From NCBI RefSeq assembly GCF_902713615.1, contig NC_052160.1:58248719-58312718 (forward strand): 64,000 nt of DNA, written 5' to 3'. The stretch is from Scyliorhinus canicula. Lineage: Eukaryota. The position numbers were made by a program, and so were the translations under genes. This document shows positions 12,768-24,274 of the stretch, one piece after another (position 1 is the stretch's first letter; every line of letters starts with the position of its first letter). The notes beneath the pieces are model-generated. The model searched no databases, had not been told where the DNA came from, and saw only the letters and a program-made list of their open reading frames with translations.

Positions 12768-12947
12768 CAATTACCACCTTACCACCTAACCTGCGCATCT
12801 TTGGACTGTGGGAGGAAACAGGAGCACCCGGAGGAAACCCACGCAGGCACTGGGAGAAAGTGTAAACTCCACACAGGCAGTCACCCAAGGCCGGAATTGA
12901 ACCCAGGTCCTGGGTGCTATGAGGCAGCAGTGCTAACCACTGAGCTA
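12768..12947 (-). mobile_element. V-SINE head and core
   Basis: V-core and tRNA-like head; tail absent. Confidence 0.8.
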
Positions 12948-12949
12948 CA

Positions 12950-13134
12950 TATGAAAATAAATGAAAATCGCTTATTGTCACGAGTAGGCTTCAATGAAGT
13001 TACTGTGAAAAGCTCCTAGTCGCCACATTCCGGCACCTGTCTGGGGAGGCTGGTACGGGAATTGAACCGTGCTGCTGGCCTGCTTGGTCTGCTTTAAAAG
13101 CCAGCGATTTAGCCAAGTGAGCTAAACCAGCCCC
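12950..13134 (-). mobile_element. tRNA-derived SINE with a different head and no V-core
   Basis: Minus strand GGGGCTGGTTTAGCTCACTTGG...GGTTCAATTCCCG joined directly to the tail shared with the SINEs at 16265 and 41693. Confidence 0.75.
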
Positions 13135-14050
13135 TGGTTTGGTTCCTTCAACTAAGTTGATGATATAAATTGTAAATAGCTGATGCTCAACCATTCATCT
13201 TTGCAGCACCCCATTCATTTTGAGCTTGGCTACCCAGTAATGCCCTATTTTCTTTCCCTTCAACAATCCTCAATTTCTGCATTTATCAATCCAGTCTTCC
13301 AATGTCATGAGCCCTAGTTTTATGTAATACTCTCAAATGCTAACTTCTTTGAATGCTTTTTGAAAATGCAAATACTCTACACCCACTGGTTCTCCTTTAT
13401 CTACACCACAAAAAATTATAACGGATTATTCAAACATTCTTTCCCTTTGATAAACCCACATTGACTCTGTCCAATCATATTATGATTTCTAAATATCTTG
13501 TTATGATGTCCCTCATATATTCTGGGTGGGATTTACTGACCAACCCATTGCGTGTTTTTCGGCAGCGGAGGCGGCCCGCCAGCAGGATTTTCTGGTTCCG
13601 CCATTGTCAACGGGATTTCCCATTGACTGCACCCCTCCTCTCCGGGAAATCCATGTGCCATCGGTGGACTGGAATATCCCGCCAGTGTGAACAGCCGGTA
13701 AATTTCACCCTCTGACTCTTTCCCTACAACTGAAATCAAGATAACTGGCCTATAGTTCCCTGTTTTCTCTCCATCGTCCTTTTGTGTTACTCTACAATTC
13801 ACAGGGATCATACTAAAACATAGGGAATTCTGGAAGTCAAAACCAAAGCATCCACTATCTCTAGCCACCTTTTTATATCCCTGTGATGTAGGCCTTTAAG
13901 CCACAAGAATTGCTGATTTTATTCCCATTTTTTCAGTACTATTCCTTTATTAATCCTAATTTCCTTAAATTCTTCATTTTTCATTCTCGGTAGACCTTTG
14001 AATTCTTCAATATTTCCAGTATATTTTTTCTGTCTTCCACAGTAACTTCC
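13135..14050 (-). mobile_element. Degenerate CR1 RT fragment
   Basis: GNYRPV.L.SVVG motif and YL.FQKAF-like sequence on minus strand. Confidence 0.7.
13524..13710. mobile_element. MITE, 187 bp (PIF/Harbinger-like by TSD length)
   Basis: 13-bp TIRs GGGTGGGATTTAC/GTAAATTTCACCC (2 mismatches), TCT duplicated at 13521-13523 and 13711-13713; GC-rich insert in AT-rich CR1. Confidence 0.7.
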
Positions 14051-14349
14051 AAAAGTCATTTGACAAAGTTTCTCAAAAACAGCTGCAAATTAAACCAAAA
14101 TCTGGACCATGTCATGATAAATAGTGTAACTGGATAATAGACTTGCTGAAGAAAGAAATGAATGGGTGCTTGTTAAAGGAGTGATATTGGGCTTGGTGGA
14201 AGGAGTTGTGAGCTGGCTGCTCATTGTTTAGGGTCACTGCTGTTTCTATTTGAAACCAATGACTTGGATTCAGCAACCAAACACAGTGTAAAATTTGCAG
14301 ATGTTATGGAAAGTTGAGTAAAATATGGGAGGACAATGGCAGAAATGTT

Positions 14350-15758
14350 TTTTAAAGTATTTTTATTAAGGTTTTGCAGAATTTTTCATAATAAAACAGT
14401 CGTAACGATAATAACAAAACAAACTAGAGTGAATATTAACATAGTCCAAAAAGAGAATATACAATAACAATTAAATAGACATTATCCCACACGACTCAGT
14501 CTTCCCACACCATCCCAATGAAGCACTCACACCCCCCCCCCCCCCCCCCCCCCCATGGATTGCTGCTGCTGCTGACATTTTAATTTTCCCCGAGAAAGTC
14601 AACGAACGGCTGCCACCTTCGAGAGAACCCTCGCGTAGACCCTCTCAAGGCAAACTTTATTTTCTCGAGGCTGAGAAACCTAGCCATGTCGTTAACCCAA
14701 GTCTCTACACTCGGGGCGCTTCGAGTCCCTCCACATTAATAAAATCCGTCTCCGGGCTACTAGGCAGGCAAAGGCCAAGACATTGGCCTCTTTCGCCCTC
14801 CCTGAACTCCCGGGTCTTCTGGCACTCCAAAGATCACTATCTCTGGACTCGGCACCACCTGTGTGTTAAGCACCTTGGACATTGCCCTCACGAACCCTTG
14901 CCAGAACTCTCTAAGCTCCGGGCACGCCCAAAATATATGGACATGGTTTGCAGGGCTGCCCTTGAACCTCATACAACTGTCTTCTACCCGAAACAACCTG
15001 CTCATTCTCGCTGCCGTCATGCGTGCCCGGTGAACCACATTAAATTGAATTAGACAGCCTGGCACATGATGAGGAGGAATTAACCCTGGCCCAGGACATC
15101 TGCCCACAGACCCGCTTCCAACTCCTCACCTAGTTCCTCCTCCCACTTGCCCTTGAGCTCCTCCACCGGGGTTTCCTCCGCATCCTGTAGTTCCTGGTAG
15201 ATGTGCGACAGCTTCCCCTCCCCCACCCAGGTGCCGGAGACCACGCTGTCCTGTATCCTCAGTGGAGGCAGCGTCGGAAAGGCCACTACCTGTTTTTTTC
15301 AGATCTCCTTACTCGCGGGGTCTTATTCGCCCACACAAAGCCCGAAATGATCCTACTCGCCCGCTTAAAAAAGGCCTGAGGGATGAAGATGGGGAGGCAC
15401 TGAAAGACAAACAAAACTCTGGGGAGGACAGTCATTTTCACGGTCTGCACCCTTCCTACCAGTGAGAGCGGGAGAATGTCCCACCTTTTAAAGTCCCCTT
15501 CCAATTGCTCTACCAACCGGGTCAGGTTGAGCCTGCCAGGGCATCCCATTTTCTGGCCATCCAGGTAACGAAAACTGTTCTCTACCATCCTGAGCGGCAT
15601 CTCTTTCAGTCTCTCCTCCTGCCCCTTGGCCTGGATCACAAACAACTCTCTCTTTCCCATGTTCAGTTTGTACCCTGAAAAACTACCAAAAATCCCTCAG
15701 GATCCGCAGAACCTCCCCCATCCCCTCCACAGGGGCCGAAATGTACAGGAGCAAATCA

Positions 15759-15792
<34 letters not shown>

Positions 15793-16037
15793 AACCAGTC
15801 CCTGCCAGTTCCTCGAGGCTCTCAGCACCATAGCTAGCGGTTCTATGGCTAGGGCAAATAGTAACGGGGAGAGGGGACACCCCTGCCTCGTTCCCTGATG
15901 AAGCTTGAAGTACTCCGACCTCAGCTGGTTTGTACATACACTTGCTACAGGCACCTCGTACAGCAATTTCACCCAGCCAATAAAGCCCTCACCGAAGCTC
16001 CCCAGCATTTCCCACAGGTACTCCCACTCCACCCGGA
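14350..16037 (-). mobile_element. 5'-truncated, internally deleted L1
   Basis: GTRQGCPLSPLLF RT motif, C-terminal motifs, 3'UTR; exact 17-bp TSD ACAATGGCAGAAATGTT (14333-14349/16038-16054). Confidence 0.92.
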
Positions 16038-16264
16038 ACAATGGCAGAAATGTTATGTTCGCAATATGCAAAATATTGTACATAAGAAGAAAAATGGGAT
16101 GACTTGGGTACTCCATGAATGGTATTGAAATTATTAAAAAAGGTGAAAGAGATCCTTAATAAATCAGTGCTCCAAATGCCAAACCATACAGAGCAGGCAA
16201 TAGAACAATGAACTAAATGACCTACGCAGTTCAGAAACTCGTGATTAAACCACACAGTGCTCTC

Positions 16265-16568
16265 TAATAATAATAATCTTTATTATTGTCACAAGTAGGC
16301 GTACATTATCACTACAATGATAATCCCCTAGTCGCCACACTCCGCCGCCTGTTCGGGTACACTGAGGGAGAAATCCGAATGTCCAAACTACCTAACAGCA
16401 CGTCTTTGGGGACTTATGGGAGGAAACCGGGGCACCCAGAGGAAACCCACGCAGACACGGGGGAACGTGTAAACCCCGTACAGACAGTAACCCAAGCTAG
16501 GAATGGAACCTGGAACTCTGGCGCTGTGAAGCAACAATGCTAACCACTGTGCAATCTTGACGCCCCCT
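16265..16568 (-). mobile_element. V-SINE with (TTA)n-ended tail
   Basis: V-core, then gacgtgctgttagg...gtgacaataa and (TTA)n. Confidence 0.85.
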
Positions 16569-17033
16569 AAGTATTTTGTCGTGTCATGGTCATTGAGGCT
16601 CAGAGACATTCGAGTGCTAGAGGCAGTGCAAGTAAGAGTAACCAGACTAATCTGTGTGAGAGTGTTAGAAGGAAAAACTAGGAATTTGAGCTTTTTGACT
16701 TAAAAGGAGGCTTTTGTAAAGTGAACAAAAGTACTTTAAATACTGTAATCAAACAAATGAAAACGTAAATTTGGAGTGTGAAGTTAAAATGAGGCAATAA
16801 GGCAAGGCAGCACTGGTTCAAACTAGTTCAAATTATATTTAAGATTGTTATTCAGCTCTACATTAGGGTCACTCAAAGTTAACTAACAAAGGGGAACTGG
16901 CCTATAGTTCTATTTTCTCTTCATCCTTTCTTGAATAGCGTTCCAGAAAAATTCTCTGGTAATTTAGCAGAAAAGTAGCATAGGGAGAGAGTTTGTGCTT
17001 TAAAAATGTTAAATGTTCATGTCACAAATTGTT

Positions 17034-17269
17034 TTTAAAAATATTTTTTTAAAAGTTTTTAGAGTACCCAATTCATTTTTTCCAAAATTAAGGGGCAATT
17101 TAGTGTGGCCAATCCACCTAGCCTGCACATCTTTGGGTTGTGCGGGCGAAACCCACGCAAACACGGAGAGAATGTGCAAACTCCACACGGACAGTGACGG
17201 TCGGGATCAAACCTGGGACCTCGGCGCCTTGAGGCAGCAGTGCTAACCCACTGCACCATCGTGCTGCCC
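17034..17269 (-). mobile_element. V-SINE, A-rich-tail subtype
   Basis: 14-bp TSD TGTCA(C/T)AAATTGTT at 17020-17033/17270-17283. Confidence 0.88.
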
Positions 17270-17355
17270 TGTCATAAATTGTTGACATTCATTTGTAGTC
17301 TTCAGATTAATAAGTAGGTTCTCATTTCCTCAGTGACTTGTTTCTTGTCATTTAG

Positions 17356-17463
17356 GTGTGTGAGTATTTGTTCACTAGCATTCAGTATGGATGGAATGTT
17401 CCTGTCTGCATCCAGTAACACAGAGACAGTGCATATCTTCAAACTGGAGACACAAAAAGAAAA
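17356..17463 (+). CDS. WIPI2: WIPI2 coding exon ([35 protein letters not shown])
   Basis: 108 nt, tttag|...AA|gtaagt; phase 2/2; not in ORF track, translated by hand. Confidence 0.97.
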
Positions 17464-18017
17464 GTAAGTAAACACTGAAATAGTTACCAAGAATTTACTG
17501 ATGAGTCTAGAGTGAAAAATTCTCAATTAAGCACCATCAGAACAACAAAGTGTTATGTTTGTGATACCAAAAAAATGCTAACACTTCCCAGAGTATGCTA
17601 TTCAATTTGTCATTATTTAAAATATCTAGCTGTGGTTAATGGTCTTTCTACCTTACCCAACACACACAGACACTTCCTGTGTGATGATTTTTAACACTTG
17701 AGTATTAATTTGAACTGTAAAATGTATGTACATATTCATACTTCCCTACCTGTAAAGGGAGAAAATCTTGTCACCAATTGTGGAATAGTCTTGTGAGGCT
17801 GGATGGTCTTCTCCTGTTCTTGTGCTCCATTGCTGTTGTACACTTCCCAGCAGCTATCTCCAAAATGGCCCCAGGAGTAGTTTGCCCACTTGCCCCAATA
17901 AATGATGCAGATAAATAAAATCAGCAACCCTGCCTCGGAAAGTGTTGGCCTCAAGAGAGATGGGGTGAGGAGGGACGACTGATTGCAGCATTTTTCTGAA
18001 TGCCTCTCATTGTTTAG

Positions 18018-18182
18018 ACCGCAGGAAGAGCCCACCACGTGGACTGGCTACTTTGGGAAGGTGCTCATGGCTTCCACTAGTTATCTGCCTTCCCAGGTCA
18101 CCGAGATGTTCAACCAGGGCAGGGCATTCGCAACAGTCCGACTGCCATTCTCGGGGCACAGAAATATTTGTGCATTGGCAAC
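18018..18182 (+). CDS. WIPI2: WIPI2 coding exon ([54 protein letters not shown])
   Basis: 165 nt, tttag|...AC|gtaagt; lies in ORF 17983-18186. Confidence 0.97.
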
Positions 18183-18708
18183 GTAAGTGAAACATTTTGC
18201 TAAACGTTGGATACAGCAGCAAAGATGAAATAATCCATTCTTGGAATTTGTTGTAAAAATAAGTGCGCAGGCCTTTATAGACTGTCAGTCAGAACATTCA
18301 GTTATCTTTGAGTTGTTGGTGGTAAAAATCCATTGGGTAGACAGTAAGTTGTGATTGTTTAATGTCGTAGTCTGATCGAGAAGTTGCCACACTTGGTACA
18401 ATGTTTGTTGCTTGTTGGTCTGGAATAATAAAAAAAGCATTGAAGCAAATTGTGCAACATGAATCAGATAACTAAAAGAAGATGGACCAAACAAGAATCT
18501 GTAAAGAAGAAATCGGACATTAGGAAGGAATTGGAGAAGTCAAGAATAGAAAGAAATCAAAGAGAATACATGAGGAAGATGCGGTACATTTTATTTGAAA
18601 AGTGTCAAACAGTGAAGGTTTTAATCTGTTCTTCACTTCACCAGGAGGTAAGGAAAATAAAACAGCTAACCTGTTATCTTAACTTGACACTTGACTTTGT
18701 TGTTCCAG

Positions 18709-18816
18709 AATTCAGAAGATTCCTCGGCTACTGGTAGCAGCGGCAGATGGTTATCTTTACATGTATAACTTGGACCCACAAGAAGGGGGCGAGTGCACCC
18801 TAATGAAACAGCACAA
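18709..18816 (+). CDS. WIPI2: WIPI2 coding exon ([35 protein letters not shown])
   Basis: 108 nt, ttccag|...AA|gtaagc; phase 2/2. Confidence 0.97.
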
Positions 18817-19219
18817 GTAAGCAACTCGGCACTGGCCTGCTGGAAGTACGTTCCAGAAGTAGCTGCATGAAATGATTATTTGAAACACTTAGCTGTAAGA
18901 TGAAGCCTTTTAGACCTGTTAGACCAAATTCTGTCAGTAATAATGTTGAAACTGCCAACATTAGCTGTCATTTTATCACTGAACCTGATGGCAATTTCTG
19001 GAGTTCGTACATGTGCAGAATAACCAGCAGTTGCTGTCGGTGATTCTCTTCTCCAGGGGGTGCGCTGTAGAAGCACCTCTGGCATCCCAGACTAGAATCC
19101 CTACATTGCAGGAGGAGACCATTCCCCAAGCACAGTATTTGGAAAGCAGTGGTATAATCAGACAAAGTCAGCATGAATTTATGAAAGGGAAATAATTTTT
19201 TGTTTGAGTATGTTTGTTT

Positions 19220-19432
19220 GAGTTATGAGTAGCCAGTTCTTTTGTTTACAATTAAGGGGCAATTTAGCATGGCCAATTTACCTACCTTGCACATCTTTTT
19301 GGGTTGTGGGGGTGAGACCTACGCAGACACTGGGAGAATGTGCAAACTCCACCCGGATAATGACCCAGGGCCGGATTGAACCCAGGCCCTCAGTGCTGTG
19401 AGGCAGCAGTGCTAACCACTGCGCACCATGCT
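19220..19432 (-). mobile_element. V-SINE, A-rich-tail subtype
   Basis: aattaaggggcaatttagc...cacagtgc-type core as in other copies. Confidence 0.8.
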
Positions 19433-20627
19433 GGAATTCTTTGAAGCTGTAACTAGTACAGTTGACCAGGGAGAACCAGTGGATGTAGTTTATTTAGAAG
19501 GCTTTCGACAAGGTCTCACGTAGCCGATTACTACGTGCAGTTGAGGCTCATGGAATTGGGGGTAGTGTTGTGAGATGGATAGAAAACTGGTTAGCAGACA
19601 GGAAGCAAAAAGTTGGAATAAATGGTTCTTTTTCTGATTGGCAGGCAGTGACTAGTGGGGTACCGCAGTGATCTGTGGCAGGATCCCAACTGTTCACATT
19701 ATATATTAATGATTTTGGCGAGTGAACTAAATGTAGTATCTTTAAATTTGCAGATGATACATAGTTGGGTGGGAGGGTGAAGTATGAGGAGGATACAGAA
19801 ATGCTTCAGCATGATTTCGACAGGCTGAGTAAGTGGGCATATGCATGGCAGATGCATTATAATGTGGATCAATGTGAAGTTATCCACTTCGGTAGCAAAA
19901 ATTATAAGACAGATTATTATTTGAATGGGTGTAAATTGAGAGAGGTGGTGTTGTCATGTATCAGTCGCTGATTGTAAGCGCGTGGGTTTAGCAGGCAGTA
20001 AAGAAGGCAAATGGTATGTTGGCCTTTATAGTGAGAGGATTTGAGTATAGGAAGAGGGATTTGTCACTGCAATTGTATAGGGCATTGGTGAGGCCACACC
20101 TGGAGTAGTGTGTAGTTTTGGTGTCCTTATCTGATGGAGGTTCTTGCCATAGAGCGAGTGCAGTGAAGGTTCACCACGCTTGTTCCCGGGATATCGGGAC
20201 TGTCATATGAGGAGAGACTTGAGTCAGTTAAGATTATATTTATTGGTGTTCAGGAGAATGGCAGGGGATCTCATTGAAATTTAGAAAATTCTAACAGGAT
20301 TAGACAGTTTAGATTCAGAAAAAATGATGGGGGAGTCCAGAACTAAGGGTCATAGCTTGAGGATAAGGGGTAAACCTTTTAGGACTGAAGTGAGGTGAAA
20401 TTTCCTCACCCAGAGAGTGGTGATTCTGTGGAATTCACTACCGCAAAACGTAGTTGAGGCCAAAACATTGTGTCATTTCAAGAAGGAATTAGATATAGCT
20501 CTTGGGTTGAAAGGAATCAAAGGAAATGGGGGGGAAGGCAGGATCAGGGTGTTGATCTTGATGATCAACCATGATAATGAATGGCCGAACAGGGCAAAAT
20601 GGCCTCCTTCTGCTTCTATTTCCTATG
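19433..20627 (+). mobile_element. Degenerate CR1 RT and 3' end
   Basis: KAFDKV, SGVPQ, KFADDT, LYRALVRPHLE motifs and CR1 tail. Confidence 0.9.
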
Positions 20628-21554
20628 CATTCGGCCCAATTATTGAGTCTGCACCGAAGCTCTGAAAGAGCACGCCACCCAGACCCACTCCCTTGCCCCA
20701 TCCCAGCAAGCCCACCTAACCTACACACATTTGGACACCTAAGGCATGGAATCAATTTGAAATTTAAGAATTTAGAACTTTCACTGTTGCACTTTCAGAT
20801 TTGCTGTAAAAATCCTTAAAACACCTGGTTAGATGAGGTGTAACTGAGATTTCAATTGCATAATCATTTCATAATTACTGCTTAACACCCTAAATGGGCT
20901 TGAAAGGCTTTTTTATATTTGTGGAATATCTAATTTCTCCACTATGATTTTGAGAAATGCAGTTTAATTTTTTTAAGCTTTTTATTATATTGACATTTTA
21001 GCTTCTATCTAAATCCAGTCATCATTTAATTTGCAATTGTGACATTTAAATTAAAAATGAAGAATAAGATGCTTGCAACTCCTGGTTTGCTGTCTGTGAC
21101 AATCAATCTGATTGGCTACTTCTCCTGCCTGAAGACATTACTGTTGCCAAATGCCTGGAAATTTCCTTCACAAGATTTAACTTACTGTTGGGAAAGGGGA
21201 AGTCTGCTTTACTGAGACTGTGAAGTCCAATATTTTCAACCCACTTTCTTTGATTGACTGAGAAATAGAATATGGAGAGCCCATAACTGTGGCAAAATCC
21301 ACCTTGGTTGAAAATACTGTGCGTTGTAACTGCATTACAGACCCCGAAAAGAAACAATTTAAGAAATTTGCTGTACTGTTAGAAGACCTAGACCATGTTC
21401 TTCAGAATGACAGAATGATAGCAACCAGAAAGTATGTAGAAGCTGAACTTTCATTGTTCAGCAGAATCAAGCTGTATTTTTACAGCTGCCAAATGGTGCC
21501 TATTCAACTGACTCACCAACTTTCTGTATGTAATGTAAATATAAATAGCGGTTT

Positions 21555-21887
21555 ACATAGAACATAGAACAGTACAGCACAGAACAGGCCCTTCGGCCCT
21601 CGATGTTGTGCCGAGCAATGATCACCCTACTTAAACCCACGTAACCCGTATACCCGTAACCCACCAATCCCCCCATTAACCTTACACTACGGGCAATTTA
21701 GCATGGCCAATCCACCTAACCTGCACATCTTTGGACTGTGGGAGGAAACCGGAGCACCCGGAGGAAACCCACGCACACACGTGGAGGACGTGCAGACTCC
21801 ACACAGACAGTGACCCAGCCGGGAATCGAACCTGGGACCCTGGAGCTGTGAAGCATTGATGCTAACCGCCATGCTACCGTGAGGCCC
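21555..21887 (-). mobile_element. Young HE1-type V-SINE
   Basis: Intact head and core; tail with (TTCTATG)n matches the 3' end of the CR1 at 54806. Confidence 0.92.
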
Positions 21888-23494
21888 AGATTACGGATTA
21901 CGGATTGCAGCATTGGCAACGAGACAGAAAAGAAACATTGGAGAAATTAATCAGTGCTGCGTGATTGAGAGCCTTGGACAATCTTCGTAAGGCCATTGAT
22001 TTGATGTAATCTATTTGGATCAGAATGTTCTGCTTAATTTCTTATCTGTATTTAGTGATGCTTTTCCCTACATAAATTTCCCAATATTTCGTTTGGAAAC
22101 TTAGTTTCAAAATTGTTGGTTGTGTTACACGCTAGAAGCGGTTTGAATTCTGTTCCTTTGTGAAGTTGAATCAACTTTCATTGTACGAGGATTGGAATGA
22201 CTGCAAGTGACAGTAAATAACATATTAGTTCTCCTGAAGTACTACCTTTCTCGCATCCTTTGTTGTTTGAAAAATGTAATCTCATTCATATGGAGATGTC
22301 ATCGGCCTATGTACTCTTGATATTTGTTTACTTTTGGTTATGTTGTGGTTTAATGCCTCAACCTCAGTTTTGTTTGGAAGTGTTAACTGAGCAAATATTT
22401 CCAAGAATATGAATACCAGGAGTCATTTTGTTGATCTGTCGCTATGTGTCTTTCAGCCAAAAGAATAAGATGGCAAAATTCAATTTAGGTAGAACTGATA
22501 TTTCTAATCAACCTTTGGCAAAGCAATCGAACTGTACAATTGTGTTTTTTAGTCACTTGGGTATTTGTTGACCGTGTTTCTCATCGTAACACTTGTATAC
22601 CCTTAATGAACTGCATTTAAAACCTGTGTGTAGATTTTCACCTTTACCGTCTGGGCTGTAAACAGGCAGAGTGGGCCGCTTACTCCTTATAAAAGCTGCC
22701 TGACGTTGCATTGCTTTCACTGAGATGTAAATCAGGCAGATTCTACAAATGATAGGTAATCTTACAGTTTAGTTGGTGCAGACAGAATTCTAGTAATGCA
22801 CAGTCACGCTGTTGACCACATCAGGAGTTAGTAGTGATAGGCAAATGAGGCAGTTGTAAAAATCCAGGGAGAACAGTTCAGAGGAAATCCTCCATGTTAA
22901 TTGTAGTTCAAGTTACCAAATCGTTTTGCGGCAGTCAACTTGTGGAGAGAAGTTTGAGTATGTTGCAAGTCTGAACTAACAATCATAATAAATGCATAAC
23001 ACAGCGGATGAATTGGTAACAAACACACTGGTTGATGTACTCTGATTAATAAGCGTATTCTGGACAGGGAACAGGTCATCGACACTGGAAAATCTGGATG
23101 TTGGCCCCGATCATATGTGGGCATTAAAACAAAAAAATGAATTCACGTTTTTAAATTGCAAAAGGAAATTTACATAGTGCAGAATTGAGGAAGGACATAA
23201 ATAGATGAGGGCTGAGCAAAAGTGGATGTGAATTTACTACTTTTTTATTTTTAAAATTTTAACGGTTTCTGTTTTTCTTTTATGGCATATGAGCATCGCT
23301 GGCAAGGCCAGCATATGTTGCACATCCCTAATTGCCCCTGAATAGGTAATGGCGAGTTGCCTTCTTGAACTGCTGCAGTTCATCTGGTGTAGGTTCACTT
23401 ACAGTTGAAACATGCTCCGTCTAAGCTTGGTTGTGAATCTGCAACAGAAACTGGTCATTTCACACACATTCCAGGGCTTCTCTTGAAGTTGGAG

Positions 23495-23603
23495 ACTAGA
23501 CCTTGGAAAATAGGAGACAGGTTTAGATAAAGGATCTGGATCGGCGCAGGCTGGGAGGGCCGAAGGGCCTGTTCCTGTGCTGTAATTTTCTTTGTTCTTT
23601 GTA
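23495..23603 (+). mobile_element. Short CR1 3' tail
   Basis: gagggccgaagggcctgttcctgtgctgtaattttctttgttctttg; CR1 stem-loop plus terminal repeat. Confidence 0.65.
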
Positions 23604-24003
23604 ATGAACCAAGGAGATAGTCAGTCAGTGTATTAATATTTGTTTCCTTAAAAATCAAAAAAACAATTCAATAGAATCACAGTGGTTTTGGCTGGCTTCA
23701 GTATTTGTGTTATAATCCTGACCTTTTTTCCATCCCTCCCAAAATTTATCACATTGATTTATTTCCCAGATGCTTTTACAGGAATTTAAATATGTTTTTA
23801 AATTTAAAATCTGCTCCCAACCAATGATTCATACAACTTTGGTTGAATAATGGAACCCCTGATTCATTAATACTGGCAAACTGACATTTCCTTTCAGTCC
23901 AATGATTCAGATTAATGCCGGTACATTTCCAAAACAATGAAGGCAAATTGGTTTCACATTACATTCTTTAAAAAAACATTTATTTCTTTGTTGTCTCTTG
24001 CAG

Positions 24004-24134
24004 GCTAGATGGTAGCGTGGAGCCAGCCAATGAGATTCTGGAGCCTTCACCGCACGATCGGCCGTTAGTGTCTCAGACATATAGTTCACCCGCTGCCAAA
24101 GTTACTTATACCCCTTCGTCGCCAACACGACATG
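24004..24134 (+). CDS. WIPI2: WIPI2 penultimate coding exon ([43 protein letters not shown])
   Basis: 131 nt, ttgcag|...G|gtaaga; aligns with WIPI2 C-terminal disordered region. Confidence 0.93.
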
Positions 24135-24274
24135 GTAAGAAGCTGTAGTAATTTGAAACAATCATATTTGTGCAATTTGTGATTCATTGTTATCATAGAA
24201 TAATAGAATTTACAGTGCAGAAGGAGGCCATTCGCCCTTTCAAGTCTGCACCGGCCCTTGGAAAGAGCACCCAA

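Noticed and set aside
13040..13134. tRNA-like sequence
   Set aside because: Joined to a SINE tail with no clean cloverleaf or T-run terminator; treated as a SINE head.
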